DNA from: an uncultured Methanomassiliicoccales archaeon
GTDB taxonomy: Archaea; Thermoplasmatota; Thermoplasmata; RBG-16-68-12; JAJISG01
Assembly: GCA_964348155.1 (NCBI GenBank)
Contig: CAYGBN010000001.1
Location: 10,699-74,698, forward strand
Reading direction: 5' to 3'
DNA: 64,000 nucleotides
Made by a program: the position numbers and the translations under genes. The notes beneath the pieces are model-generated. The model did no database searches. It saw only the letters and a list, made by a program, of their open reading frames with translations, and was not told the origin of the DNA. This document shows, piece by piece, positions 20,579 to 28,898 of the stretch (within the stretch, counting starts at the first letter, position 1; each line of letters opens with the position of its first letter).

Positions 20579-20727
20579 CCCTCCTCCGTCTCAATCTCCT
20601 TCTCCAGGATGAGGGACCCCACGTAGCCGCATGCGTTGCATCGGTAGACCTGTCCCGTAAGGGATCCCATGGCCACGTTGACGCGCGCCGAACCGCATTG
20701 GGGGCACGTGAGCACCCGCCGCTTCAC
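20575..20727 (-). CDS. small zinc-ribbon protein (50 aa, GTG start), not in ORF track
   Basis: The minus-strand frame gives (M)KRRVLTCPQCGSARVNVAMGSLTGQVYRCNACGYVGSLILEKEIETEEG. This is a CPxCG...CxxCG ribbon plus an acidic tail. An in-frame TAA lies immediately upstream of the GTG. Its stop overlaps the pan stop by 2 nt (convergent). Confidence 0.4.
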   Translation of the reverse strand: MKRRVLTCPQCGSARVNVAMGSLTGQVYRCNACGYVGSLILEKEIETEEG

Positions 20728-20818
20728 GGTCCCGGATGCATCTCCTGCCCCTTAAGAACTGGCAGTGAGGAAAGGCCCGAACGCAACCTTTATCCCGGCC
20801 CTCCAGGTAGCAAGCGCC

Positions 20819-21697
20819 ATGGCGGAGGAGGCGGGGCCCCGCCCCCGCGTGAATGCCTTCCAGATCGTGGTGGCTCTCGTCGTGGTCTCCGCCGTCTTCC
20901 TGGGGTACGTCCTCGCCACCCGACCCTCCGCGCCGCCGTCGGCGGGCCTTCGCGTCCAGGTGGGAGATTCCGTTACCGTGGACTACATCGGCTTCTTTGA
21001 GGACGGGAAGGTCTTCGACACCTCTTTCCTGGAGGTGGCCGAGGACAACGCCACGTACCCCAAGGCCGTCTCCTTCGGGTTCCGGGAGGAGTACCAGCCG
21101 CTCCAGTTCACCGTCACGGGCCCGGGGGAGGAGGGTACCGTCATCCAGGGCGTCGCGGAGGGCGTTCTGGGCCTTCGGGAAGGGGAGACGCGGCTGGTGG
21201 AGGTCTCCCCAGAGAAGGGATACGGAAGCCCTGACCCCTCCCTCGTCGAGACGCGCCCGCTCGTGGTGGAGCTCCCGCAGCGGGAGACCCTGCGGGTCGC
21301 CGAATTCGCGGACCGGTACGGGCCCACCCCGATGTCGGGGCTCACGGTCCAGGATCCCAAGTGGGGGTGGAGCGTCACCGTCCTGAGCCTTGCCAACGAC
21401 TTTGTCACCTTCCTCCACGTCCCGGAGGCGGGGTCCACGGCGAACCCCTTCGGCGGGTGGTTGGCAGAGGTCATGGACGTGGACAGCGGCGCCAACGGGG
21501 GCGTGGGGGCCATCGTCGTGCGCCACCTTCTGGACCCCGCGAGCGCCAACAACGTGAGGGGGAGCGACGGAAGGGGGGCCTTCCGTGTCGTGGAGGTGAA
21601 CCCGGCGGAGGGCACGTACACCGTGGACTACAACCCCGAGGTCGTGGGCCAGACTCTCTTCTTCGAGCTGACGGTAGTGCGTATCACCCGGGCCTAG
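20819..21697 (+). CDS. membrane-anchored FKBP-type peptidyl-prolyl isomerase with long flap insertion
   Basis: An N-terminal TM helix (AFQIVVALVVVSAVFLGYVLA) precedes the FKBP motif GDSVTVDYIGFFEDGKVFDTS. An alternative upstream ATG lies at 20765. Confidence 0.75.
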   Translation: MAEEAGPRPRVNAFQIVVALVVVSAVFLGYVLATRPSAPPSAGLRVQVGDSVTVDYIGFFEDGKVFDTSFLEVAEDNATYPKAVSFGFREEYQPLQFTVTGPGEEGTVIQGVAEGVLGLREGETRLVEVSPEKGYGSPDPSLVETRPLVVELPQRETLRVAEFADRYGPTPMSGLTVQDPKWGWSVTVLSLANDFVTFLHVPEAGSTANPFGGWLAEVMDVDSGANGGVGAIVVRHLLDPASANNVRGSDGRGAFRVVEVNPAEGTYTVDYNPEVVGQTLFFELTVVRITRA

Positions 21698-22836
21698 GGC
21701 AGCATGGTCTCGTAGAGGGCCAGGAGGCGCTCGGCGCAGCTCTCCAAAGAGAATCGCTCCGCCGTCTCGCGGGCACGAACCCGCACGTCCTCCCCGGCCG
21801 CCAGGGCCCGCTCCATGGCCTCGCTGCCCGCCTGCGGATCTCCCGGGGAGTAGAGAAACCCATTGCGTCCATCCTGGATGTATTCGGGGAAGGCCCGGTA
21901 GTTCACCGCCGCCACGGGGAGCCCGCACGCCATGGCCTCCAAGACCACCAGTCCCTGGGTCTCGAAGGCGGACGCGGTGGCCAGGGCGTCCGAGGCGGCG
22001 TAGTAGGCCGGCAGCTCCTCGTCCGGGACGAAGCCGGCGAATTGAACCAGTTCCTCCATGCCATGCTCCTCGACAATCCTCCGGCAGCGTGGGAGGGCGG
22101 GTCCTGCGCCCACCACCAGGAGGCGTGCGTGCGGCCGTCGCCGACGGAGGAGCGGGAACGCCCGCAGGAGGAGGTCGACATTCTTCTCCGGGGCCACGCG
22201 TCCTACGTGGAGGATCACCTCGGCGTTCTCCAGTCCGTGGCGCTCCCGGACGGCTCCCCCGTCTAGGCCCGGGTGGAAGCGCTGAACGTTCACGCCGCTG
22301 GGGATGACCGCCGTCCTCCGCATGGCGGGGGCGAGGCGGCGAAGCTCCTCCAGCACGACCTCCGTGGGGGCCACCACGGCCCCGCATCGGTGGAGGAAGC
22401 TTCGGAGGTAGAGACCCACGAGGCGTTCCAGCACCCGACCCCCCGCCCGGCGGGAGGTGTAGTGGGGAATGGCGTCCTGAATCATCGTGTGGAAGGTCAG
22501 GACCATGGGGAGGTTGAGCTCCCGCGCCGCCCACATCCCCTTGAGGCCCATGAAGGCGATGCCGTGGGAGTGGACCAGGTCCACGCCGCAATCCTTGAGG
22601 AAGGCCTGCTCCCTGCGCGAGGGGTAGACGGCGAGGCGATAGCCCGGGTAACGGCGGAGTTCGTGGGACCGGCAGTAGAGGGTTCGATTCCGGCCGTCCT
22701 CCGCCGTCCCGGCCCCGGGCGCGATGATGAGGACCTCGTGCCCTTGGGCCTCCAGGGTCGTCCGGGTGTTCCGTATGGAGTTCACCACTCCGTCCACGGT
22801 GGGCAGGTAGGTGTCGGTGAAGACGGCGATTCTCAT
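21694..22836 (-). CDS. GT4-family glycosyltransferase
   Basis: The protein starts MRIAVFTDTYLP. The C-terminal domain has the Ex7E motif (ETQGLVVLEAMACGLPV). Its ATG overlaps the thiDN stop as ATGA. The upstream 130 aa of the track ORF is Gly/Arg-rich junk. Confidence 0.8.
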   Translation of the reverse strand: MRIAVFTDTYLPTVDGVVNSIRNTRTTLEAQGHEVLIIAPGAGTAEDGRNRTLYCRSHELRRYPGYRLAVYPSRREQAFLKDCGVDLVHSHGIAFMGLKGMWAARELNLPMVLTFHTMIQDAIPHYTSRRAGGRVLERLVGLYLRSFLHRCGAVVAPTEVVLEELRRLAPAMRRTAVIPSGVNVQRFHPGLDGGAVRERHGLENAEVILHVGRVAPEKNVDLLLRAFPLLRRRRPHARLLVVGAGPALPRCRRIVEEHGMEELVQFAGFVPDEELPAYYAASDALATASAFETQGLVVLEAMACGLPVAAVNYRAFPEYIQDGRNGFLYSPGDPQAGSEAMERALAAGEDVRVRARETAERFSLESCAERLLALYETMLP

Positions 22837-24131
22837 GGGGCCACCACGCGACGCAGCGTGCCCAGGACCTCCCGAGGCGTCCGACCCAGGAGACGGATCA
22901 TGGCCACCTTCCCTGGACCCCCCAGGTCGAAGATAGCCCCGGGGATCTCCCCCAGGGACTCGATGGCGGTTGCAGTGCCCCACTCCATTGTGGAGGTGCC
23001 CGCCGGCTCCTCCGCTCGATCGAAGGTTCCGAGCACCACACCCGCCTTCCTGCAGGCCTCCAGCACCCCCTCGTCGTAGCGGAGGTTCATGGCGCTGCGG
23101 ATGGAGGGGTCGAAGGCCCGGGCCGCAAGGATGATGCGTGCCACGTGAATGGAGGCTCCGTAGGCGGGCGGCCCCACCGCCGCCACCTTGTCGCCTCTCT
23201 TGACGATGCGGCCCTCGACCCCACACACGTCCTCCGGGCTCGTGGCGCCGGGCAGGGCGTACCCCAGGTTCACGCCCACCTCCGGAACCAGGCGAGGGGG
23301 CAGGATGTCCACGAGCTCCTCCACCCCCTCACGAACGGCCTCCCAGACCGACCAGCGATCCTCCACGTAGGCTGCGTTGATGACGCGGAAGCCGCCCCCC
23401 ACCGCGTAAGCGGTCTCGAACCCCTGTGCAATCCTCCGCCGGGCCAGGGCCACGCTCTCCGCCAGCGCCTCCCCCTGCGCCAGGAACCCCGCGATGAGGG
23501 AGGCGTAGGCGCACCCGCTGCCGTGCAGCTCCTCCGGAAGGCGGACGCCGGGGAAGGTCCGCAGGTTCTTACCGTCCGCGAGAACATCCACCAGCTCGTC
23601 CTTCAGGTGGCCCCCCTTCACCAGGACCGCCGCGGCTCCTTGCTGCTGAAGGGCCCGCGCCGCTCGCCTCATCCCCTCGATGTCGCGGATGGCGTGCCCC
23701 GTGAACGCCTCCGCTTCATCCAGGTTCGGGGTGACCAGGGTGGCCCGGGGAAGGAGGTGTTCCCGCAGGGCCTCCACGAAGCCCGCGGCGTGGAGGGTCG
23801 AGCCCGCGGTGGCCGCCATCACTGGGTCAACCACCAACGGGGCGTCCAGCCCGTCCAGCTCCTTCGCCACGGTGCGCACGATCTCCTTGGAGTAGAGCAT
23901 GCCCGTTTTGACCGCGGCAATGGGGATGTCCCCGCGAACGGCTCGGATCTGGTCCCGAAGCGTCTCCACCGGCAGGGGATAGGTGGCCTCCACCCCCTGG
24001 GTGTTCTGGGCCGTCACGCAGGTGATGGCCGTGCACGCGTGGACGCCCACGGAGGCCAGGGCCTTCAGGTCGGCCTGGATGCCCGCGCCGCCTCCGGAGT
24101 CGCTGCCCGCGATGACCAGAACGCTCCTCAC
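22833..24131 (-). CDS. thiDN: bifunctional HMP/HMP-P kinase fused to ThiN thiamine-phosphate synthase domain
   Basis: The N-terminus has the ThiD motif VLVIAGSDSGGGAGIQADLKA. The C-terminal ~160 aa form a ThiN-like domain. This fusion is typical of archaea. Confidence 0.85.
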   Translation of the reverse strand: MRSVLVIAGSDSGGGAGIQADLKALASVGVHACTAITCVTAQNTQGVEATYPLPVETLRDQIRAVRGDIPIAAVKTGMLYSKEIVRTVAKELDGLDAPLVVDPVMAATAGSTLHAAGFVEALREHLLPRATLVTPNLDEAEAFTGHAIRDIEGMRRAARALQQQGAAAVLVKGGHLKDELVDVLADGKNLRTFPGVRLPEELHGSGCAYASLIAGFLAQGEALAESVALARRRIAQGFETAYAVGGGFRVINAAYVEDRWSVWEAVREGVEELVDILPPRLVPEVGVNLGYALPGATSPEDVCGVEGRIVKRGDKVAAVGPPAYGASIHVARIILAARAFDPSIRSAMNLRYDEGVLEACRKAGVVLGTFDRAEEPAGTSTMEWGTATAIESLGEIPGAIFDLGGPGKVAMIRLLGRTPREVLGTLRRVVAP

Positions 24132-24218
24132 ACGGGACGCATAGAGGGAAGGGGTTAAGGGCCTTTCTGGGCGCGGCGCGTGTCCTCCTTATTAATACCA
24201 TCCTCCTTTACGACGGGG

Positions 24219-24596
24219 ATGCGCGCCCGCAGCGGCCACATTGTCTTTGACGACAAGATCCGCTTCAAGGACCTGGAACCCATCTTCCGGGAGCTTCTCA
24301 CCCTCTTCCTGGAGGAGTCGGACCAGGTGCGGGAGGACCCGGAGTTCCTGGAGATCATCGTGGAGGAGAACCTCCGGGACCTTCGGAGGGACCGGAAGCC
24401 CGAGGGCCTCAACCGGGAGGGCCCCATGCGCTTGGTCTTCCCCATCGGGGACCGGAGGGAATTCTACGTCTACGGCAAGGGGCGGGGCGTGGAGGTCCCC
24501 CAGGTCACCGAGGCCCTGAGCCAGTTCCTTCGGAAGAAGAGGTTGAAGCACGATGTGACGTGGGACGCCCTCCTGCTCTTCGCGGAGGACGAGTAA
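24219..24596 (+). CDS. hypothetical acidic protein
   Basis: MRARSGHIVFDDKIRFKDLEPIFRELLTLFLEESDQ... looks like a real protein and the antisense does not. A TTATTAATA element lies just upstream. Confidence 0.4.
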   Translation: MRARSGHIVFDDKIRFKDLEPIFRELLTLFLEESDQVREDPEFLEIIVEENLRDLRRDRKPEGLNREGPMRLVFPIGDRREFYVYGKGRGVEVPQVTEALSQFLRKKRLKHDVTWDALLLFAEDE

Positions 24597-25127
24597 CTAG
24601 CCCAGGGCGACGGAGCCCAGGTCGTGGTAGATGGCCCCTTTGGGCGTCAACTCGCTCCGCTTCAGGCGGATCGCATCGACGTGCTGCTCCCCGAAAGCTT
24701 CCTCCTGAAACGCCTCCGTCACCCGGACGACCTCCTCCCGTCCGCGGCCTCCCTTCACCCGTGCGACGGTGAGGTGCGGAGAGAAGCGGCGATGCTCGCG
24801 GGCGAAGCCCATGGCCTCCAGCCGCGCCTCCAGGCGTCCGGCCACCGTGACCAGGGGGTCCCCGTTCTCCACGCCCACCCACACGACCCGGGGCCTCCGC
24901 AGGTTGGGGAAGGCCCCCGTGCCCCGAAGGGTCAGGGTGGCGGGGGGCACGCCTTCCGCCGCGCGTTCCATGGCCTCCAGCAGGGAGGGGACGAGCCCCT
25001 CCTCCACGTCTCCCAGGAACTTCAGGGTGATGTGCAGGTTCGCCGCCGGCACGACCCGAAGTTGGCCCCGCACGGCGCGGAGGGCCTGGAGAAGGCGACG
25101 GAGGGCGGGGCTGGCCTGGAAGTCCAC
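24597..25127 (-). CDS. thpR: RNA 2',3'-cyclic phosphodiesterase (2H phosphoesterase, LigT/ThpR)
   Basis: Two HxT/S motifs are present: HITLKFLG and HLTVARV. Length is 176 aa. Confidence 0.8.
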   Translation of the reverse strand: MDFQASPALRRLLQALRAVRGQLRVVPAANLHITLKFLGDVEEGLVPSLLEAMERAAEGVPPATLTLRGTGAFPNLRRPRVVWVGVENGDPLVTVAGRLEARLEAMGFAREHRRFSPHLTVARVKGGRGREEVVRVTEAFQEEAFGEQHVDAIRLKRSELTPKGAIYHDLGSVALG

Positions 25128-25144
25128 GGCGATGAAGGAGCGGA

Positions 25145-25843
25145 TCAGTCCGCCCCCTCCCCGATGCGCGTGCCCACGAAAGCGCCTCCCGTCACGGCGC
25201 CCTCCAGGGAGGCGAGGTCCCTTCCGTGGACCACACAGACCTCCAGGCGGGCACGCCGGATCACGCGGGCGGCGTGGGGGTCCACCACGACGTTGGGGCC
25301 CGCCCGCCCCGTGGGCTCCCCCGCGATGCGCAGCAGGTCCTCGTAGCTCATCCGCTCCAGGCGGGCGGCGGAGGGGTCATGCTGGGGATCCGCCGTGTAC
25401 ACGCCGTCCACGTTCGTCGCGTTCACCATGCGGCGGGCGCCCACCGCCTCCGCCAGCTCGGCCGCCACGGCGTCCGTGGTGATGCCGACGCGCTGCCCTC
25501 CCATCACGACCAGGTCGTGGCTCGTGCCGGCATCCCTCGCCTCCTCGTAGTCCTCCGGAGGCTCCGGGTACGCTCGCGGTCCCAGGGCGTGAATCAGGAG
25601 GCGAGCGTTGAGGCGGGTGACCAGGATTCCCAGGGCGTCCAGGGCCCGCTCCCCCAGCCCCAGGTCCCGGCCCACCTCGATGTACGACCGGGCGGGGCGT
25701 CCGCCGCCGGCCACGAGGAAGAGCTGACGGTCCTCCGCCAGCCGCAGCAGCAGGTCGGCCAGGGTTCTTATGTAGACGGCGTCATCCTCTCCAGGCACGA
25801 GGACGCTGCCTCCCAGCGAGATGACCACCCGATCTCTGGACAT
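25145..25843 (-). CDS. pyrH: uridylate (UMP) kinase, archaeal type
   Basis: The real start is MSRDRVVISLGGSVL. Amino-acid-kinase motifs VAGGG, ILVTRLNARLL and VVMGG are present. The 5' two-thirds of the 513-aa track ORF is spurious. Confidence 0.8.
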   Translation of the reverse strand: MSRDRVVISLGGSVLVPGEDDAVYIRTLADLLLRLAEDRQLFLVAGGGRPARSYIEVGRDLGLGERALDALGILVTRLNARLLIHALGPRAYPEPPEDYEEARDAGTSHDLVVMGGQRVGITTDAVAAELAEAVGARRMVNATNVDGVYTADPQHDPSAARLERMSYEDLLRIAGEPTGRAGPNVVVDPHAARVIRRARLEVCVVHGRDLASLEGAVTGGAFVGTRIGEGAD

Positions 25844-25891
25844 GACAAGCGTCTTTAGGCGGCAGGCGGTTAGGAGCGTAAAAAGGATACG

Positions 25892-27115
25892 GTGAGGATG
25901 AGCCAGGCGAAGGAGCGCTACCTCTTCCGGAGGAAGCTGGAGGAGATCGAGGCCGCCGAGGGCCGCGGGACGGAGCTCGTCTCCCTCTACGTCCCCTCCA
26001 GCCGCCAGGTCAGCGACGTCACGAACTACCTGAAGCAGGAGCTGAGCCAGTCCAGCAACATCAAGTCCAAGTCCACGCGGAAGAACGTGACCTCCGCCAT
26101 CGAGTCCATCCTGGTTCGGCTGAAAGCCTTCCGAACGGTGCCGGACAGGGGGCTGGTGTTCTTCGTGGGGGAGAGGCAGGCGGGGGCGGACCAGACGGAG
26201 ACGGTCTCCCACGTCTTGGAGCCCCCCGAGCCGGTGGAGACCTTCCTCTACCGCTGCGCCTCTCGCTTCCACACGGAGCCCCTCCGGGAGATGCTCCAGG
26301 AGAAGGACCTGTACGCCCTCGTGGTCATCGACCGGTCGGAGGCCACCGTCGGGCTGCTGCGGGGGAAGCGCATCGAGGTCATCAAGAACGTCCAGAGCCT
26401 GGTGCCCAGCAAGCACAGCAAGGGGGGGCAGTCCGCCCGCCGCTTCGAGCGCCTCATCGAGCAGGCCGCCCACGTGTTTTTCGTGAAGGTGGGCGACCTG
26501 ATGACGGAGGCCCTCCTGGACGTGGAGGGGCTCCAGGGCCTGCTCCTGGGGGGCCCGGGATACACGAAGGAGTTCTTCCTGGAGAAGGACTACATCCACC
26601 ACGAGCTGAAGAAGAAGGTTCTGGGGACCTTCGACGTGGGGTACGCCGACGAGTCGGGGCTCCGGGAGATGGTGGAGAAGGCGCAAGAGACCCTGGCGGA
26701 TCTGGACCTCATGCGGGAGAAGCGACTGCTCCAGGCCTTTCTGGAGGAGATAAAGCGACCCGGGGAGGGGCTGGCAGCCTATGGCGAGGCGGAGGTGCGG
26801 CGGGCGCTGGGCCTGGGGGCCGTGGACACCCTCCTCCTGTCGGAGGGCCTGCGCCAGGCCCGGATGAGGGTGACATGCTCCAGCTGCGGCTTCCAGGGCG
26901 AGGTCACGGGAAGCCTCGAGAAGCCTGGGCCCTGCCCCGAGTGCGGGGAGCCCCTCGCCGTGGAGCAGGCGGAGGACGTGGTGGAGGAGCTGTCGGCCAT
27001 GGCGGAGAACCTCGGGACGAATGTGGAGCTCATCTCCGAGGAATCGGAAGAGGGAGCCCTCTTCCTGCGGGCCTTCGGCGGCCTGGGAGGGATGCTTCGC
27101 TTCAAGGTGAGCTGA
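25892..27115 (+). CDS. prf1: peptide chain release factor aRF1
   Basis: NIKSKSTR and GGQS motifs are present. A C-terminal zinc-ribbon insertion reads CSSCGF...CPECGE. Confidence 0.9.
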   Translation: MRMSQAKERYLFRRKLEEIEAAEGRGTELVSLYVPSSRQVSDVTNYLKQELSQSSNIKSKSTRKNVTSAIESILVRLKAFRTVPDRGLVFFVGERQAGADQTETVSHVLEPPEPVETFLYRCASRFHTEPLREMLQEKDLYALVVIDRSEATVGLLRGKRIEVIKNVQSLVPSKHSKGGQSARRFERLIEQAAHVFFVKVGDLMTEALLDVEGLQGLLLGGPGYTKEFFLEKDYIHHELKKKVLGTFDVGYADESGLREMVEKAQETLADLDLMREKRLLQAFLEEIKRPGEGLAAYGEAEVRRALGLGAVDTLLLSEGLRQARMRVTCSSCGFQGEVTGSLEKPGPCPECGEPLAVEQAEDVVEELSAMAENLGTNVELISEESEEGALFLRAFGGLGGMLRFKVS

Positions 27116-28836
27116 TGGTCCAAGATCCCTGGGCGGAGGTCCTCCAGGACCTGGCGTCCGCGCGGCGGGAGGCGGAGGAGGCCTTGGGGCTCGCCCAGGG
27201 GGAGCTCCCGTTCCAGGTCCCCCCCGAGGAGTTCGGGGACGTGGCCTTCCCCGCCCACCCGTACGCCGAGGCCGCGGGGAGGTCCCCGCAGGATGTGGCG
27301 CAGGCCCTCGCCGAGGCGATGCCGGTCCGCGGGCTGCTCTCCCGCCACGAGTCCCGGGGGGGGTTCGTGAACAGCTTCCTGGCCCACCCCGCCTTCGGGG
27401 AGCGGACGCTCACGGCCATCCTGGAGGAGGGGGAGGCGTACGGTCACGCCGCCCCCCTGGGCCGACGCGTCATCGTGGAGCACAGCAGCGTGAACCCCAC
27501 GGGCCCCATCCACGTCGGCCGGGCGCGCAACTCCGTCATCGGCGACACTCTCGCCCGCCTCCTCGCCCGCTCGGGGTACGACGTGACCCGGGAGTTCCTT
27601 GTGAACGACACAGGGAAGCAGGTGTTGACCCTTTTGTGGGGGGTCGAGAACCTGGACGAGGGGGATCTGGAGCCCCCGGACCGGGAGAAGGAGGACTTCC
27701 GCCTGGTCCGCTTCTACCGCGAGGCCTCGCAGCGCATGGAGGACCGCGCCGTCGAGGAGGAGGTGAACGCCATGGCGCGCCAGCTGGAGGCGGGGGACGA
27801 GGCCCTCCGCCGTCGGGTCCGGGAGGCGTGTCAGCGGATGCTAGACGGCATCTTGGAGACCCTGGGCCAGCTGGACGTGTCGTTCGACCACTTCTTCTGG
27901 GAGGACACAACCATCGTGGACGGCTCCGCCCGCGTCGTGGTGGAGGATCTGCGGCGGAGCGGCCACTGCCAGGAGGAGGACGGCGCCCTCTTCGTGGACA
28001 TGGAGCCCCACGGCATTAGGGGTCGGGACACGCGCTGGTTCGTCACCCGGAAGGACGGGACCACCCTCTACACCACCCGGGACCTGGCGTACCACCGGGA
28101 CAAGTTCCGCCGGAGCGACGAGGCCATCAACGTTCTGGGGGAGGACCATCGCCTCGAGTTTCGCCAGCTCTCCATCGCGCTGCAACTGCTGGGGGAGGAG
28201 CGGGACGTCGAGGCGGTCTTCTACGCCCACGTGGGCCTCCCCGAGGGCCGGCTCTCCACCCGGAGGGGGCGGGTCGTCAACCTGGACGACCTCGTCGACG
28301 AGGTGAAGGAGCGGGCCTATCGGGAGGTGGCCGCCCGGAGGGACGACCTGTCGGAGGAGGCCATGCAGCGGATTGCGGAGGCCGTGGGCGTGGGCGCCAT
28401 CCGCTACAACCTCGCCAAGGTGCAGGCGGAGAAGAAGATGCTCTTCCGGTGGGAGGAGGCCCTGAGCCTGGAGGGCCAGACCGCCCCCTTCCTGCAGTAC
28501 GCGTACGCCCGCTCCAGCGGGATCCTCCGAAAGGCGGCCGAGCGGGGGGCGTGGGACGCTGCGCTCCTGGAGCACCCCCAGGAACGGAGCCTCTTGAAGC
28601 GCTTGGCCCAATTTCCCTCGGCGGTCCGGGAGAGCGCGACGAGCCGCCGTCCGCACCAGATGGCCACGTTCGCCTACGAGCTCGCGACGGTGTTCAACCT
28701 CTTCTACCGGGACTGCCCCGTCCTCTCGGCGGAGACGGCCCTGCGCAGCACCCGCCTGGCTCTCGTGGAGGCCTTCCGCATGGTCCTGGGGAACGCCCTC
28801 TCCACCCTCGGCGTGCGACCCCTGGAGCAGATGTAG
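27115..28836 (+). CDS. argS: arginine--tRNA ligase
   Basis: The start MVQDPW overlaps the prf1 stop (TGATG). A HIGH-like motif reads SSVNPTGPIHVGRARN. The Arg-tRNA-synthetase C-terminal anticodon-binding region is present. Upstream 80 codons of the track ORF are spurious. Confidence 0.9.
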   Translation: MVQDPWAEVLQDLASARREAEEALGLAQGELPFQVPPEEFGDVAFPAHPYAEAAGRSPQDVAQALAEAMPVRGLLSRHESRGGFVNSFLAHPAFGERTLTAILEEGEAYGHAAPLGRRVIVEHSSVNPTGPIHVGRARNSVIGDTLARLLARSGYDVTREFLVNDTGKQVLTLLWGVENLDEGDLEPPDREKEDFRLVRFYREASQRMEDRAVEEEVNAMARQLEAGDEALRRRVREACQRMLDGILETLGQLDVSFDHFFWEDTTIVDGSARVVVEDLRRSGHCQEEDGALFVDMEPHGIRGRDTRWFVTRKDGTTLYTTRDLAYHRDKFRRSDEAINVLGEDHRLEFRQLSIALQLLGEERDVEAVFYAHVGLPEGRLSTRRGRVVNLDDLVDEVKERAYREVAARRDDLSEEAMQRIAEAVGVGAIRYNLAKVQAEKKMLFRWEEALSLEGQTAPFLQYAYARSSGILRKAAERGAWDAALLEHPQERSLLKRLAQFPSAVRESATSRRPHQMATFAYELATVFNLFYRDCPVLSAETALRSTRLALVEAFRMVLGNALSTLGVRPLEQM

Positions 28837-28898
28837 GGCCGGGAGGTCCGAGCCCCTCCACGCCCAGGCAATCGGGGGCCGCGGGGCCGGGAGAGGCG

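Noticed and set aside
20591-22591. 666-aa minus-strand ORF
   Set aside because: Its composition is dominated by Arg/Gly/Pro, typical of antisense or off-frame ORFs in high-GC DNA. It is fully overlapped by the well-supported FKBP (plus) and GT4 (minus, other frame) genes.
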